DNA of 64,000 nucleotides from Methanomassiliicoccaceae archaeon (GTDB taxonomy: Archaea > Thermoplasmatota > Thermoplasmata > Methanomassiliicoccales > Methanomassiliicoccaceae): the NCBI GenBank assembly GCA_040776945.1, contig JAXGZN010000002.1:544001-608000 (forward strand). Reading direction: 5' to 3'. A program made the translations under genes and the position numbers. A model generated the notes under the pieces. That model was not told the DNA's origin. It searched no databases and saw nothing but the letters and a program-made list of their open reading frames with translations. Shown here in pieces: positions 39,585 through 50,051 of the stretch; position 1 is the stretch's first letter; every line of letters starts with the position of its first letter.

Positions 39585-40328
39585 ATGGCTCAGGTAAACT
39601 GTCCCAAGTGCGCGGCACCCATGGAGCTGGACGCCGGCGTGAAGTTCGCCAAGTGCAGCTACTGCAGCTCCATGGTCTTCTTCGACCGGACCGGGGCGGG
39701 GTTCTACTACGCCATCCCCTTCACGCTCGGGCAGAACGAGGCCGTCGGCACGTTCCGGCGCTGGGCTGGAGGCTCCACCAAGGCCAAGGATCTTGATCGT
39801 CTCGCCAATATCACCGAGATCAAGAAAAAATACTTCCCGGTCTACCTCTTCCGAAGAGAGGTCAACGGAAGGGAGGAGGTCATCGTGGAGCCGGCCGGCT
39901 CGACCATATTGCCAGGCCTCCATCAGCTCAAGGTCCCTGGAGGCGACCTGAAGGTATTTGATGATAAGTTCGATACTGGCGGAGCGGAGATGGTCAGGCC
40001 GGACATCGAGATGCTGCACTATTTGGACAAGCTGCCTGGCAAGGGAAAGGAGCAGGCCCTGGTCTACTTCCCGATCTGGACCATTGAATATACCTTCAAC
40101 GGGAGCAAGTACCAAGTGGTGGTGGACGCCTCCTCTTCCGAGGTCTTCGCCTCCACGTTCCCAGCGCGAGGTTCGGCGGCCTATCTCCTGGTGGCCTTGG
40201 TGGGCTTCATCATCTTCCTGGTGCTCGGCTTTGTGGCCACGGTCATGCTGGTGCCGGCCTTGGTCCTGATGGCCCTGACGGTGGTAGGGGTGTTCTTCCT
40301 TTCCCTCACCGTTGCGAGGAGGATGTAA
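39585..40328 (+). CDS. YdjG-like Zn-ribbon membrane protein
   Basis: CPKC..CSYC, IPFTL...A...F.RW, YFPVY, YFPIW..EY.FNG..YQVVVDA and two C-terminal TMs. Confidence 0.75.
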   Translation: MAQVNCPKCAAPMELDAGVKFAKCSYCSSMVFFDRTGAGFYYAIPFTLGQNEAVGTFRRWAGGSTKAKDLDRLANITEIKKKYFPVYLFRREVNGREEVIVEPAGSTILPGLHQLKVPGGDLKVFDDKFDTGGAEMVRPDIEMLHYLDKLPGKGKEQALVYFPIWTIEYTFNGSKYQVVVDASSSEVFASTFPARGSAAYLLVALVGFIIFLVLGFVATVMLVPALVLMALTVVGVFFLSLTVARRM

Positions 40329-40329
40329 G

Positions 40330-41331
40330 ATGGGAGATATCACCGTCGGATTGAACTGTCCAGCTTGTGGAGGGGCCATATCCATCACCGAGGGGGAGAG
40401 CGTTGTCAATTGCCAATATTGCGGCTCGACGCTCTATGCGGAAGGGGACAAGGGCGTTTTCACGATAGCCTTCAAGAACAAGCTCAACGAGCAGACTGCC
40501 GTGACCGCCGCGCAAGGATGGTGGAAGAAAGGCTTCAAGGCCCGTGACCTGCGCAAGATCGGCGCGATCACCGAGGTATATCCGATATATATCCCGTTCT
40601 GGAACATAGGGAGCCGGGTGGCCGGATGGGTGTGCGGGTACGAGGAGAGGACCCGATCGGACAGCAAGGGCAACACCCACACCGAGAGGGTCTACAAGGA
40701 GGAAATGGTCCTCATGGACCTGGTGTTCTCGGAGATCGCCTGCGATCCCGGGGACCTTGGACTGCGGTCCATGCGCAACTTCTCCGGAGAGTCGTCCTTC
40801 GAGGACCTCGGTATGATCCCGACCTTCGAATCGACCACCAGCCGCGACGACGCTCATGTCCACGCACGGCAGGACGCTCTGTCCAGGGGCCGGAGCTCGG
40901 CGCGCGTCCCGCACATCACCTTCGAGAACCTCCACGCGGTGGTGAAGAGCACCTCGATGATTTACTATCCGATATGGGTAGTTCGCTACACGTATCAGGA
41001 GCGGATGTACCTGCTAACGGTGGACGGCGTTACCGGCGGAGTGCTCTCCGGAAGAGCGCCGGGAGACCCTCTGTTCCAAAGCCTGGCGGTCACCGCTGGG
41101 ACGTCCATAGGGGGCCTGGCAGCGGCCGGGGGCATACTGTTCGCGATAGGGAACAGCTCCGAAATGGGCATCGCCGGAGTGATATTCGGCCTGATCGTCC
41201 TAGGGCTGACCTATTCCTTCTTCCGACACGGCTCGGAGATAATCGAGGGTGATTTCATCGACCGCAGGAAGGGAATGGACCTCGCCCAGATCGGCCAGGT
41301 CGGCAAGATGCTGGGAGGTGCATACCGGTGA
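40330..41331 (+). CDS. YdjG-like Zn-ribbon membrane protein
   Basis: CPACGG..CQYCG, YIPFW, YYPIWVVRYTY..RMY.LTVDGVTG.VLSG.AP and two C-terminal TMs. Confidence 0.78.
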   Translation: MGDITVGLNCPACGGAISITEGESVVNCQYCGSTLYAEGDKGVFTIAFKNKLNEQTAVTAAQGWWKKGFKARDLRKIGAITEVYPIYIPFWNIGSRVAGWVCGYEERTRSDSKGNTHTERVYKEEMVLMDLVFSEIACDPGDLGLRSMRNFSGESSFEDLGMIPTFESTTSRDDAHVHARQDALSRGRSSARVPHITFENLHAVVKSTSMIYYPIWVVRYTYQERMYLLTVDGVTGGVLSGRAPGDPLFQSLAVTAGTSIGGLAAAGGILFAIGNSSEMGIAGVIFGLIVLGLTYSFFRHGSEIIEGDFIDRRKGMDLAQIGQVGKMLGGAYR

Positions 41332-41918
41332 AGATCGTCCAGGTCAAGTGCCCGGGCTGCGGGCAGGCCATCTATCAAAAGACGAAGGACCAGATGTTCC
41401 TCTGCCAGAACTGCGGTAAGATCCACTACCGCGACGACCAGGGGCCGCACAATGTCCCCTTCGAGATCGCCGATCCGAACCCCAGAGCTGCCGGGCAGCG
41501 GTTCTATATGCCGTTCTGGCGGCTTCGCTGCAACTTCATGATACGCTCAAGGAACGTTCAAGGCGGCATGCTGCACAAGCTAGCAACTTCATTGAAAGGA
41601 GGGGACAACGGCGGGGTGCTTTACATCTTCGTTCCCGCGGCTAGCATCGACACCGCGACCTTCAGGAGATTGGCGGTCACCCTGACCACCTCTCCCCCTA
41701 TGTACGCCGTCCGCCAGGACTTCAACGGAATAGAGCGTGTCCCGACCACGGTTATGCAAGACGAGGCCATCGAGATGGCCGATTTCGTCGCCGTGACCCT
41801 CGAAGCGGAAAAGCCAGGCACCCTGCAGTATCTCGACTATGACCTAAAGGTGCTGGAGGCGAAGCTGCTCTACCTTCCCATGGTGTCCACACCCAACGGT
41901 CCTTGGCTCGCGCTTTAG
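41328..41918 (+). CDS. Soluble YdjG-like Zn-ribbon protein
   Basis: CPGCG..CQNCG, FYMPFW and LLYLP; no TM; GTGA overlap. Confidence 0.7.
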   Translation: MKIVQVKCPGCGQAIYQKTKDQMFLCQNCGKIHYRDDQGPHNVPFEIADPNPRAAGQRFYMPFWRLRCNFMIRSRNVQGGMLHKLATSLKGGDNGGVLYIFVPAASIDTATFRRLAVTLTTSPPMYAVRQDFNGIERVPTTVMQDEAIEMADFVAVTLEAEKPGTLQYLDYDLKVLEAKLLYLPMVSTPNGPWLAL

Positions 41919-42029
41919 CCTCCCGACTGGACAAAGTTCATACTATCCGGTCAAGACCAGGGCGTATTTGCCCGGCAGGGACGCTGAAGAATGCATAGCT
42001 TTTAGTTGCAGCTCGGTATTTTAATCACC

Positions 42030-42500
42030 ATGACCGGAGCGGACCTAGGGCTGATGTTCATCATCATTGGAGTGATCATGTTGCTGGCCGAGGCCGTGAC
42101 CCCCGGCGTGTTCCTGGTGGTGCCGGCAACGGTCCTGATAGTTCTCGGAGCCATCGGATTGATCGCGCCAGGTCTGTTGCTGAGCATGTGGTCGCCGATA
42201 ATTGCCTTAGTGATAGGGGTACCGGTCTTCATGGTCACGGTTAGGGCATATCAGAAGCTCTCGCCCCCCATGCCTCCAACCACCACAGTGGCGACGTCGC
42301 TGATCGGAATGGAGGGTGTAGTGGTCACCGAGGTCTGCCCCAACAACATCAGGGGCAAGGTGAAGATCCAGAACGATATCTGGAGCGCAACGTCCACCCG
42401 CCCCATAGAGGTCGGCTACAGGGTCAGGGTGGTCCACAGCGAGGGGGTTCATGTCAAGGTCGAGCCCATCGGAGCCGTTCCCGAGGCCGAGTGCAAGTGA
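42030..42500 (+). CDS. NfeD-like (YbbJ-type) membrane protein
   Basis: Three TMs with AEAVTPG, then OB-fold LIGMEGVV..GKVKI..DIWSA..G.RVRVV..EG. Confidence 0.9.
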   Translation: MTGADLGLMFIIIGVIMLLAEAVTPGVFLVVPATVLIVLGAIGLIAPGLLLSMWSPIIALVIGVPVFMVTVRAYQKLSPPMPPTTTVATSLIGMEGVVVTEVCPNNIRGKVKIQNDIWSATSTRPIEVGYRVRVVHSEGVHVKVEPIGAVPEAECK

Positions 42501-42512
42501 AGAGGAGATGTT

Positions 42513-43619
42513 ATGGTCGATGTCGTAACGATCGGACTGTTGGTGCTGGCCATCGTGGCCGCGGTATTGATCCTCGTGACCGGTATACGGATCGTTAAGC
42601 CGTACGAGCAGGCGATATACATACTGCTGGGCACGTACAAGCGTACTTTGAACCCGGGCTTCAACTATGTGTTCCCGCTGATCAGCGAGGTGGTGAAGAT
42701 CGACCTCCGTACCCAAGTGCTCGAGGTCCCCCGTCAGGAGGTCATCACCAAGGACAACTCGCCCACCAATGTGGACGCCATCATCTACATCAAGGTCATC
42801 GATCCCAAGAACGCGTATTTCCAGGTCACCAACTATCGGGCGGCGACGGTTTACCTGGCACAGACCACCCTCCGTGCCATCATCGGCGACATGGAGCTTG
42901 ACGAGATACTGTCCTCCAGGGAGAAGATCAACCTGAGGCTCAGGGACATTCTGGACGAGGCAACCGACAAGTGGGGCGTCCGTGCCGAGGCCGTCGAGAT
43001 CCGGGAGGTCGACCCCGCTCCCAAGGTCAAGCAGGCCATGGAGGAGCAGACATCCTCCGAGCGTCTCAGGCGGGCGGCGATCCTTCGCGCCGACGGCGAA
43101 AAGCGCGCCGCCATTCTCAGCGCGGAAGGTTCCAAGAGGTCCCGCATCCTGCAGGCCGAGGGCGTACGGCAGTCCAAGATCCTGGAGGCTGAAGGCGAAA
43201 GGCTTGCCATCATCCTGCAGAGCCAGGGCGAGGCCCAGAAGCTGCGCATCCTTTCAGTAGGGGCCAGTCCGCTGGACTCCAAAGCGCTGGCGGTCCTGTC
43301 GATGCAGACCATGCAGAGCCTGGGGGCCTCCCAGTCCACCAAGTGGATCCTTCCGTTCGAGGTGTCAAAGGTTCTCGAGGGCATGTCCGAGTTCTTGGGC
43401 GTCTCCAGGCAGACCCCTGCAAGAGAGGTGTCCGATCAGGCGGCAGTGGAGAAGGCTGTAGGGAAGCCCGATGACGTTCTCGGCCCCATTCCCTCCCAGG
43501 CCGAACTCCGCTCGGAGCTGAAGGCATTGGAGGACGCCATGGCCAAGGAGAAGGAGGAGGCCGAGGCCCTCGGAGCCCTGGGGCAAGGGAAACCGGACAA
43601 GGACATGCTGAGCCAGTGA
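42513..43619 (+). CDS. Stomatin/QmcA-like SPFH protein
   Basis: N-terminal TM, DLRTQVLEVPRQEVITKDN, AQTTLRAIIGDMELDE, KWGV and an AEG-repeat coiled coil. Confidence 0.94.
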   Translation: MVDVVTIGLLVLAIVAAVLILVTGIRIVKPYEQAIYILLGTYKRTLNPGFNYVFPLISEVVKIDLRTQVLEVPRQEVITKDNSPTNVDAIIYIKVIDPKNAYFQVTNYRAATVYLAQTTLRAIIGDMELDEILSSREKINLRLRDILDEATDKWGVRAEAVEIREVDPAPKVKQAMEEQTSSERLRRAAILRADGEKRAAILSAEGSKRSRILQAEGVRQSKILEAEGERLAIILQSQGEAQKLRILSVGASPLDSKALAVLSMQTMQSLGASQSTKWILPFEVSKVLEGMSEFLGVSRQTPAREVSDQAAVEKAVGKPDDVLGPIPSQAELRSELKALEDAMAKEKEEAEALGALGQGKPDKDMLSQ

Positions 43620-43639
43620 ACCGTACACCCGAAATGGAT

Positions 43640-43672
43640 GAGGCCTCTTGGCCTCACCTTTCCTCATTTTTT
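43640..43672 (+). terminator. Hairpin plus T-tract terminator after the stomatin gene
   Basis: GAGGCC-TCTT-GGCCTC followed by CTTTCCTCATTTTTT. Confidence 0.55.
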
Positions 43673-43840
43673 ATCCATCGGCCACGGCGGCCAGACCTGA
43701 CCCAGGGCCATTGACCTTGCCGTTCTCAAGATGCACCTCCCGGTCGTCCGGCCCATCACTGTTCGCGGTTCCTGCTTTCTATCCATCATGCTTGATAAGG
43801 GGGTCGTGATTATCCGGCCATAGATCAGGGGAGACCTTAG

Positions 43841-44560
43841 GTGCCGATCATACGCTGTGAGAACGTCACAAAGACATATGTAACTGGCGATGTCCGGGTG
43901 GAAGCGCTCAGAGGCATAACCATGGATATCGAGAGAGGGGAGATGGTCGCCGTTATGGGGCCGTCCGGATGCGGTAAGACTACGCTGCTGAACTGTTTGT
44001 CCGGCATAGATGACGCGACCTCGGGGCGGATAATCATAGAGGGCAACGAAATCACGACCATGGACGACGATTCCAAGACCGACTTCCGTGCCAAGCGGAT
44101 GGGATTCGTCTTTCAGTTCTACAATCTGCTGCCAGTGCTCACGGCCACGGAGAACGTCGAGCTTCCATTGCTCATCGCCGGGGTCGATCCCCAGAGTTCA
44201 AGGAGGAGGGCGACGGAACTTCTGGACGCGGTAGGGCTCTCGAATAGGGCCACTTTGCGCCCCAACTCCCTGTCCGGCGGAGAAAGGCAGAGGGTGACCA
44301 TCGCCAGAGCTCTGAGCAACGATCCGGCCATCGTTTGGGCGGACGAGCCTACCGGAGACCTGGACGTCAAGACCTCGGAGGAGGTCGTCTCCCTCATGCG
44401 CCGCCTCAATCGAGAGAACGGGCAAACCTTCGTCATCGTGACCCACGACCCGGAGGTAGGGGGCAGGTGCGACCGCATCATTCACATGCGGGACGGCTCA
44501 ATAGTCTCGATGGACGGGAACATCGACCACATCTCCGATGAGATCAGGCAGATGGGGTGA
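43841..44560 (+). CDS. ABC ATPase, LolD/MacB-like
   Basis: [35 protein letters not shown] and VTHD. Confidence 0.94.
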   Translation: MPIIRCENVTKTYVTGDVRVEALRGITMDIERGEMVAVMGPSGCGKTTLLNCLSGIDDATSGRIIIEGNEITTMDDDSKTDFRAKRMGFVFQFYNLLPVLTATENVELPLLIAGVDPQSSRRRATELLDAVGLSNRATLRPNSLSGGERQRVTIARALSNDPAIVWADEPTGDLDVKTSEEVVSLMRRLNRENGQTFVIVTHDPEVGGRCDRIIHMRDGSIVSMDGNIDHISDEIRQMG

Positions 44561-44564
44561 CGAC

Positions 44565-47540
44565 ATGGGTCTTAAGGGCGTCCTGCTCACGGTCACGACG
44601 ATAGCGCTGATGGCCGTGGCGCTGATCACGCTCCCCCTCACTTTGGCCGTCCTCGGCGTCATCGCACTGATGGTGATCTACATCCTGGCGGACGCCCTGG
44701 GCTATCGAGTCCTGTTCAAGATGGCCTTGCGCAATTTCACGAGGCGGCCGGCCACCACCGCCATGGTGCTGGCCGGCCTTATGGTCGGGACAGCGATAAT
44801 ATCTGCCTCCCTGGTTGTGGGAGATACCTTTGACAACATGGTAGTGGGGGAGACCTCCAAGACCTTCGGCAGCATCGATTTCGTGGTCACCGGCGCCGGC
44901 GACGGCTCGGGCAGAGGCCTGTACTCAGCTTCCAACGTATCATCCGTGAGGACGGATGTGCTCGGCCTCGAGGAGGCGGCGAGGGCGGAATGGGTCCTGG
45001 AGACAACGATCAGCATCAGGTCCCTGGCATCGGGCCTCACCCAGCCCAGAGTGGGCATGCTGGGCATAACCGCGTCCACCGCCGAAGGGTTCGGCGGGTT
45101 CATGGACGCAGGAGGCAAGCACATAACCTCCATCCCGGCCGAAGGGCATGCATATATCACCAAAAGGACGGCCGACCGTTTGGACATCAAGGACGGCAGC
45201 GAGATAATGCTGGCAAAGGACCAGGCCCATGTCATCACCAAGGTCGCCGATGTGGTTCTCGACGAGGGCCTTGCCACCTTGGGGCCGGGCATTTTCGTCG
45301 ACATTGAGACCGCTCAATGGCTGAGCGGCAATGAGGGAGCCGTCAGCCATCTGATCATATCTATGGGGCCGGAGGGGCGGGACCGGGTGAACACCTCACG
45401 GGAAGAAGTGAGCTCGATCCTGTCCATGTACCCTGGCCTGGACCTAAAGACGACCGGCGACCGGGCCATAGCGATCGAGGAGGGCCGTTCCCGCATCTCT
45501 ACGCTCTCATCGATGTTCTTCGTTTTCGGATCGTTCTCCATAATAGCCGGCATCGCTCTCATAATCAACATCTTCACCATGCTAGGGGAGGAACGGAAGG
45601 GCGAGATGGGAGTGGCCCGGGCAGTAGGGATGAAAAGAGCGCACCTCCGCAGGCTGTTCACCTATGAAGGGCTGGCCTACGCCATGCTGGCCGCGGCCAT
45701 AGGGACCGTGGCCGGCCTCGCTCTCGCCTACGCCTTGATCATTGCCGTCGGTTCGATGATATCTGCCGGCGGAGTGAACATCGGAAGGTACTTCGCGTTC
45801 ACGCCGCTCTCGCTGGCCGCCGCGTACTTGGCAGGATTCTCCCTTACCTTGATCACGATCTACTTGGTCACCTTCAGGATATCCAAGATGAACATCGTCC
45901 GCGCGGTCAGGAACATCCCTGAACCGCTCAGGGCCAGGGACGACAAGGGGTCGTTCCGAATCGGACTTCTTATGCTGGCATCCGGCACAGCGGTAATGGT
46001 CCTGGGCATGACGCAGGAAAGCCTGGCCCTGGCGTCCGGCGGCCTGTCCCTAGCAACGCTCTCCGCCGGCCTGCTTCTCCGGCGCTTCAGCAGCGACCGC
46101 GTGGCCTGGAGCTTCGCCGGTCTGGCGACCCTGTTCGTGTGGGTACCCAAGGGCTTCGCGATATTTCCCTATTCTGGCAACATCGAGATGTTCGTGATCT
46201 CTGGCGTTTTCATGGTTTCTTCTCTGCTAATAGTGGTCATCTTCAATTCCGACAGCATCGTTCGCGCCTTCACCGCGGTAATGAGGGCCAAGGGGAGCTA
46301 TCGAGCGGTCATCAAGACCGCCATATCCTATCCTCTCAGGGCCAGGATGCGCACTGCTCTGAGCATATTCATCTTTGGACTGGTCATCTTCACCGTCACC
46401 ACGCTCTCGATGATCTCTGGCATGCTGTCGGTCGGCATCCCGCATATGGTGGAGGAGACCTCCGGAGGGTTCGACATTGTGGCCTTCTCTGCCGCTCCGG
46501 TGGACATGTGGGGGACGATCAACGGCGCCCCCGGGCTGGTAGATGCGAGGAACGTGACCAGCATCATACAGCTCAGCCAAGGCTCGGCACTTGTCACCAT
46601 GAACCGCACCGATCCCCGGACCGGCCTTACGGAACAGGTGAGCTTCAGGTACATGGCGGTCGGCATCGACGACATGGGGCGTTTCTACACCGAAGGAACA
46701 TATCCGCTCAAGGAGTGGGACTCCTCGAGGTTCAGCAGCGAGCGGGAAGTATGGGACGCGGCCAGGAACAACGCGTCGGTCGTCGTTCTCGACGGCTCGG
46801 CAGGGGAGCCCGCCGGAGGTTTCGGTCTGTCCATGGGGAGCAGCGGTTTCACCGGCATCAAGATCGGAGACGACGTTCAGATGACCGATGTCCATGGCTC
46901 GAACATCACAATGACCGTCATCGGGATCACCGAGCAGAGCGCGTTCTCGGGCATGTTCATGAGCGCCGAAAATGTGCGTTCTAGGCTGGGGATCGCCGGC
47001 ACGAACCTTTTCTTGGTCAAACTGGCCGATGGCGCCGACCCCGACAAGCAGGCCACTCTGATCCAGAACCAGTTCTGGGAGACGGGGATGAGCACAATAT
47101 CCCTTAGAACGATGGCCCAGAGCGCGGTCAGCCAGATCGACGGCATGTTCAACCTGATAAAGGCCTTCCTGGCCCTCGGGCTCATCATCGGGATCACCGG
47201 CCTGGGCATCATCACCATAAGGTCCATACGCGAGAGGACGATCGAGATAGGGATGATGCGGGCCATAGGGTACACGAAGCGCATGGTGGTGGTCAACTTT
47301 GCCCTGGAATCAGCGTTCATCTCCGTGCTTGGAATACTGATCGGTTCGGTCCTTGGCGTCGTGGTGGGCTACCAGCTGTGGGAGTCCGTGTTCCAGGACA
47401 TGGGCATAGGATTCCTCGTGCCCTGGTGGCCGGTCCTCACGGTCGGCGGCATGGCATTCGTCGCCACCTTGCTCTGCGTGTATCCCGCGGCAAGGGGGGC
47501 GAGCAAGGTCTCGCCGGCATCGGTCCTGAGGTTCGAGTGA
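44565..47540 (+). CDS. Duplicated FtsX/MacB-type ABC permease
   Basis: Two repeats with ERKGEMGVARAVG and ERTIEIGMMRAIG; ends PARGASKVSPASVLRFE. Confidence 0.92.
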   Translation: MGLKGVLLTVTTIALMAVALITLPLTLAVLGVIALMVIYILADALGYRVLFKMALRNFTRRPATTAMVLAGLMVGTAIISASLVVGDTFDNMVVGETSKTFGSIDFVVTGAGDGSGRGLYSASNVSSVRTDVLGLEEAARAEWVLETTISIRSLASGLTQPRVGMLGITASTAEGFGGFMDAGGKHITSIPAEGHAYITKRTADRLDIKDGSEIMLAKDQAHVITKVADVVLDEGLATLGPGIFVDIETAQWLSGNEGAVSHLIISMGPEGRDRVNTSREEVSSILSMYPGLDLKTTGDRAIAIEEGRSRISTLSSMFFVFGSFSIIAGIALIINIFTMLGEERKGEMGVARAVGMKRAHLRRLFTYEGLAYAMLAAAIGTVAGLALAYALIIAVGSMISAGGVNIGRYFAFTPLSLAAAYLAGFSLTLITIYLVTFRISKMNIVRAVRNIPEPLRARDDKGSFRIGLLMLASGTAVMVLGMTQESLALASGGLSLATLSAGLLLRRFSSDRVAWSFAGLATLFVWVPKGFAIFPYSGNIEMFVISGVFMVSSLLIVVIFNSDSIVRAFTAVMRAKGSYRAVIKTAISYPLRARMRTALSIFIFGLVIFTVTTLSMISGMLSVGIPHMVEETSGGFDIVAFSAAPVDMWGTINGAPGLVDARNVTSIIQLSQGSALVTMNRTDPRTGLTEQVSFRYMAVGIDDMGRFYTEGTYPLKEWDSSRFSSEREVWDAARNNASVVVLDGSAGEPAGGFGLSMGSSGFTGIKIGDDVQMTDVHGSNITMTVIGITEQSAFSGMFMSAENVRSRLGIAGTNLFLVKLADGADPDKQATLIQNQFWETGMSTISLRTMAQSAVSQIDGMFNLIKAFLALGLIIGITGLGIITIRSIRERTIEIGMMRAIGYTKRMVVVNFALESAFISVLGILIGSVLGVVVGYQLWESVFQDMGIGFLVPWWPVLTVGGMAFVATLLCVYPAARGASKVSPASVLRFE

Positions 47541-47770
47541 GCCCCCTCAGGCCGCGGCCTCCGGCCAGGAGGCGGCTATGACCTATCCAGGCCAGCCGGG
47601 CCGGCTGTGAGATAGGCGCAGCTCCCTCTAAAGGCCGGGGGCGCAGGCCGGTTCTCGGGTCCGATCATGGCAATAGTATATGTCGATGGGCCTTTCTATT
47701 CTGTCGGGGTGACAGATTGTCCGGGCTGGGGGCATCAGGGGATGTCAGGCCGTCGGAGGAAACGGTCAGG

Positions 47771-48187
47771 ATGATGGATGGCCTGATGGAGGGCATCGCC
47801 GAGAACGCCGGGGAGCAGGCCGCGGTCAGAGCGCGCCTGCTGCTCGACCGCGCTGCGGCCAGAGGACCGGAGGAGGCCCTCAGGGACCCAGCGAAGTTCA
47901 GGTCGCTCCTGCTGGAGCAGGCCAAGGCCTTCATAGAAAGCTCAGGAGGAGAGCTTGAGAACCACTTCCGCCTCATCGCTGCCTGCCATTTGCTGGTCAA
48001 TATGCTCAGGCCGTTGGTGGAGGACACCGACGATGAGTACATAACCACCGAGTACGAGGAGCTAAGCGAAGGGCTGAACGACCTGGAAAGGCTGGAAACA
48101 TTCAATCTGTCTCTTTACAACCGCCTCAGGACGATATTCGAAGGGACCCTAGAGCTCTCTGTTGCCTTGGGCATCGCTGAACCCTAG
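47771..48187 (+). CDS. Hypothetical acidic helical protein
   Basis: Typical codon usage and protein-like composition; no motif recognised; start uncertain. Confidence 0.6.
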   Translation: MMDGLMEGIAENAGEQAAVRARLLLDRAAARGPEEALRDPAKFRSLLLEQAKAFIESSGGELENHFRLIAACHLLVNMLRPLVEDTDDEYITTEYEELSEGLNDLERLETFNLSLYNRLRTIFEGTLELSVALGIAEP

Positions 48188-48274
48188 GAGCTAACGGGAC
48201 GACAGTAAAAGGTATGACCAACCGGCTCCCATTGTTCGGTCATGGAAGGTCAATTCATTTTATCCGGTCCGACG

Positions 48275-49456
48275 ATGAAAGAACGTGTGCTCGATCTAGT
48301 GAACAAGATAAGGGACGGGGAGGGAGAACTGACCGAAGAGGTCAGGAACGCCCTTCTTGATACCGATCCGTTCCTCATCGAGAGCGCGGAAGCGGAGCTG
48401 ATCGAGGAGGGGGTGTCCCGAGAGGACATCATGCTGCTGTGCGATGCCAGGAGCGAAGTGTTCATCGCGGCCGATGAGATCGATGAGACGATCCTAGAGC
48501 GGCCTGGGCACCCCATCCACACCTTGATGGAGGAGCACCGGCAGATCTTGCTGTTCATGACCGAGGTCCGCGCTGCCGCGAGAGAGATGCGCGCCGGCGG
48601 TACGGGGACAGACAGGACGAGGTCGTGCCTTGACGAGGTCGAACCCTTCATCAAAGAGGCCAGGAAGCATTTCGATCGGGAAGAGAACGTCCTGTTCCCC
48701 TATCTCGAGAAGCATGGCATAGAGGGCCCTCCTAAGGCGATGTGGTCAGAGCACGAGGTGCTGAGGGCCAACGAACAGGAGCTGATCTCCCTGATCGCCC
48801 GGCAACGGTACATGGACCCGGACGAGTTCATCAACGAGCTGGAATGTCACGCCTCCACCTTGCTGGCATTGCTCAACGCTCACTTCCACAAGGAGAACCA
48901 CGTGTTGTTCCCGATGGCCGTCCGCGCGCTGGACGTGCATGAGTGGAACGAGGCCCGCCGCCAGTTCCAGGATATCGGGCCATGCGGCTTCGCAGAGCCG
49001 CATGCACCGCTCGAGCTCAGCATGACCGAGGTGGGGAGCATATCGCCAACCCAAGAGATCATTCTGCAAACCGGTCGGCTCACCGCCGCAGAGCTGGAAA
49101 TGGTGCTCGGAAAGCTGCCGGTCGACTTCACGTTCGTGGACGAGAACGATCAGGTGCGTTTCTTCTCCAATTCGCCCGACAGGATATTCATCCGGACCCC
49201 GGCGGTTGTGGGCCGCAAGGTCCAGAACTGCCACCCAGAGAGCAGCGTCCAGGTGGTGCAGCGCATACTCGAGGAGTTCAAGGCCGGGACGAGGGACAAG
49301 GCAGAGTTCTGGCTGGAGACCGGCGGGAGGTTCATCCATATACGCTATTTCCCGCTGAGGAGCGTCACCGGCAAATACAAAGGCGTGCTGGAGATGGTCC
49401 AGGACGTCACTGACATAAGGGGACTGAAAGGCGAGAAGAGGCTCCTGGACGATTGA
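48275..49456 (+). CDS. DUF438 / hemerythrin-like / PAS domain protein
   Basis: GHPIHTLMEEH, HFDREENVLFPYLEKHG, MWSEHE, HFHKENHVLFP and PAS LPVDFTFVDENDQVRFFS...GRKVQNCHP. Confidence 0.9.
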   Translation: MKERVLDLVNKIRDGEGELTEEVRNALLDTDPFLIESAEAELIEEGVSREDIMLLCDARSEVFIAADEIDETILERPGHPIHTLMEEHRQILLFMTEVRAAAREMRAGGTGTDRTRSCLDEVEPFIKEARKHFDREENVLFPYLEKHGIEGPPKAMWSEHEVLRANEQELISLIARQRYMDPDEFINELECHASTLLALLNAHFHKENHVLFPMAVRALDVHEWNEARRQFQDIGPCGFAEPHAPLELSMTEVGSISPTQEIILQTGRLTAAELEMVLGKLPVDFTFVDENDQVRFFSNSPDRIFIRTPAVVGRKVQNCHPESSVQVVQRILEEFKAGTRDKAEFWLETGGRFIHIRYFPLRSVTGKYKGVLEMVQDVTDIRGLKGEKRLLDD

Positions 49457-50051
49457 CGGCGTCCGTCATCACCAGGGACCGCTCTCCAGTTCTTCGGGAT
49501 TGGGGCGGGGTCTTGGCGCCGAGATAAATGGGAACGGCCGAGGCCGCGGTGTCCAGCCGGTCACCGGCGGGCTTTCACCGGAACCTCCTGCCTCCATGCT
49601 TCAGGCCGTTCTCCCAGGTCCAAGGAGACCTTTCTCCGCCTCGCGGGAACCGCTTGACGGAAAGGACGAAGGGGCGTTCTCGTCAACTACCAATGTCCGC
49701 CCTTTGTCAGGCCCCTGTGACCGGTCCCGCATTTTCGTTCCGTTCAGTTGCCGGCGCCAATGCCCCCTTGGAACGTCCTTAAGCTCCGGGAAGGCCTGCA
49801 ATGGCCTGTTACCTATGGCCGCTGAGGATGGCAGGGAAACGGTCCGTCATCCGTTGACAGCAGGCCTCAGCGTCCTTGCATACTTCTTATCCCCGACCTA
49901 TCGGTCAGGTCAGTGGGAAAGCCCCGGACGATCATGTGCTTGGAACGCGGACCAGATGACCCATAGAAGGCCAAAACGCTTGATACATGAAGGCCGTACA
50001 CGCCATGCATGACCTCTCGTTCTAATACTCGCGCATGCTGTCCCTGTACCG

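Noticed and set aside
38946-40409. 487-aa antisense ORF, and similar long shadow ORFs (99..1178, 3143..4144, 36671..37795, 53483..54421, 60892..61854)
   Set aside because: They overlap well-supported genes, have no recognisable motifs and are expected from GC-rich codon bias.
47541-47716. GC-rich inverted repeats (CCTATC...CAGCCGG-G-CCGGCTG...GATAGG) after the FtsX permease
   Set aside because: Single copy seen, with no promoter or target-site duplication; compatible with an mRNA 3' stem or chance.
49513-49760. 9-bp inverted repeat TTGGCGCCG/CGGCGCCAA as MITE ends
   Set aside because: Too short and GC-rich, with no flanking direct repeats and no second copy seen.
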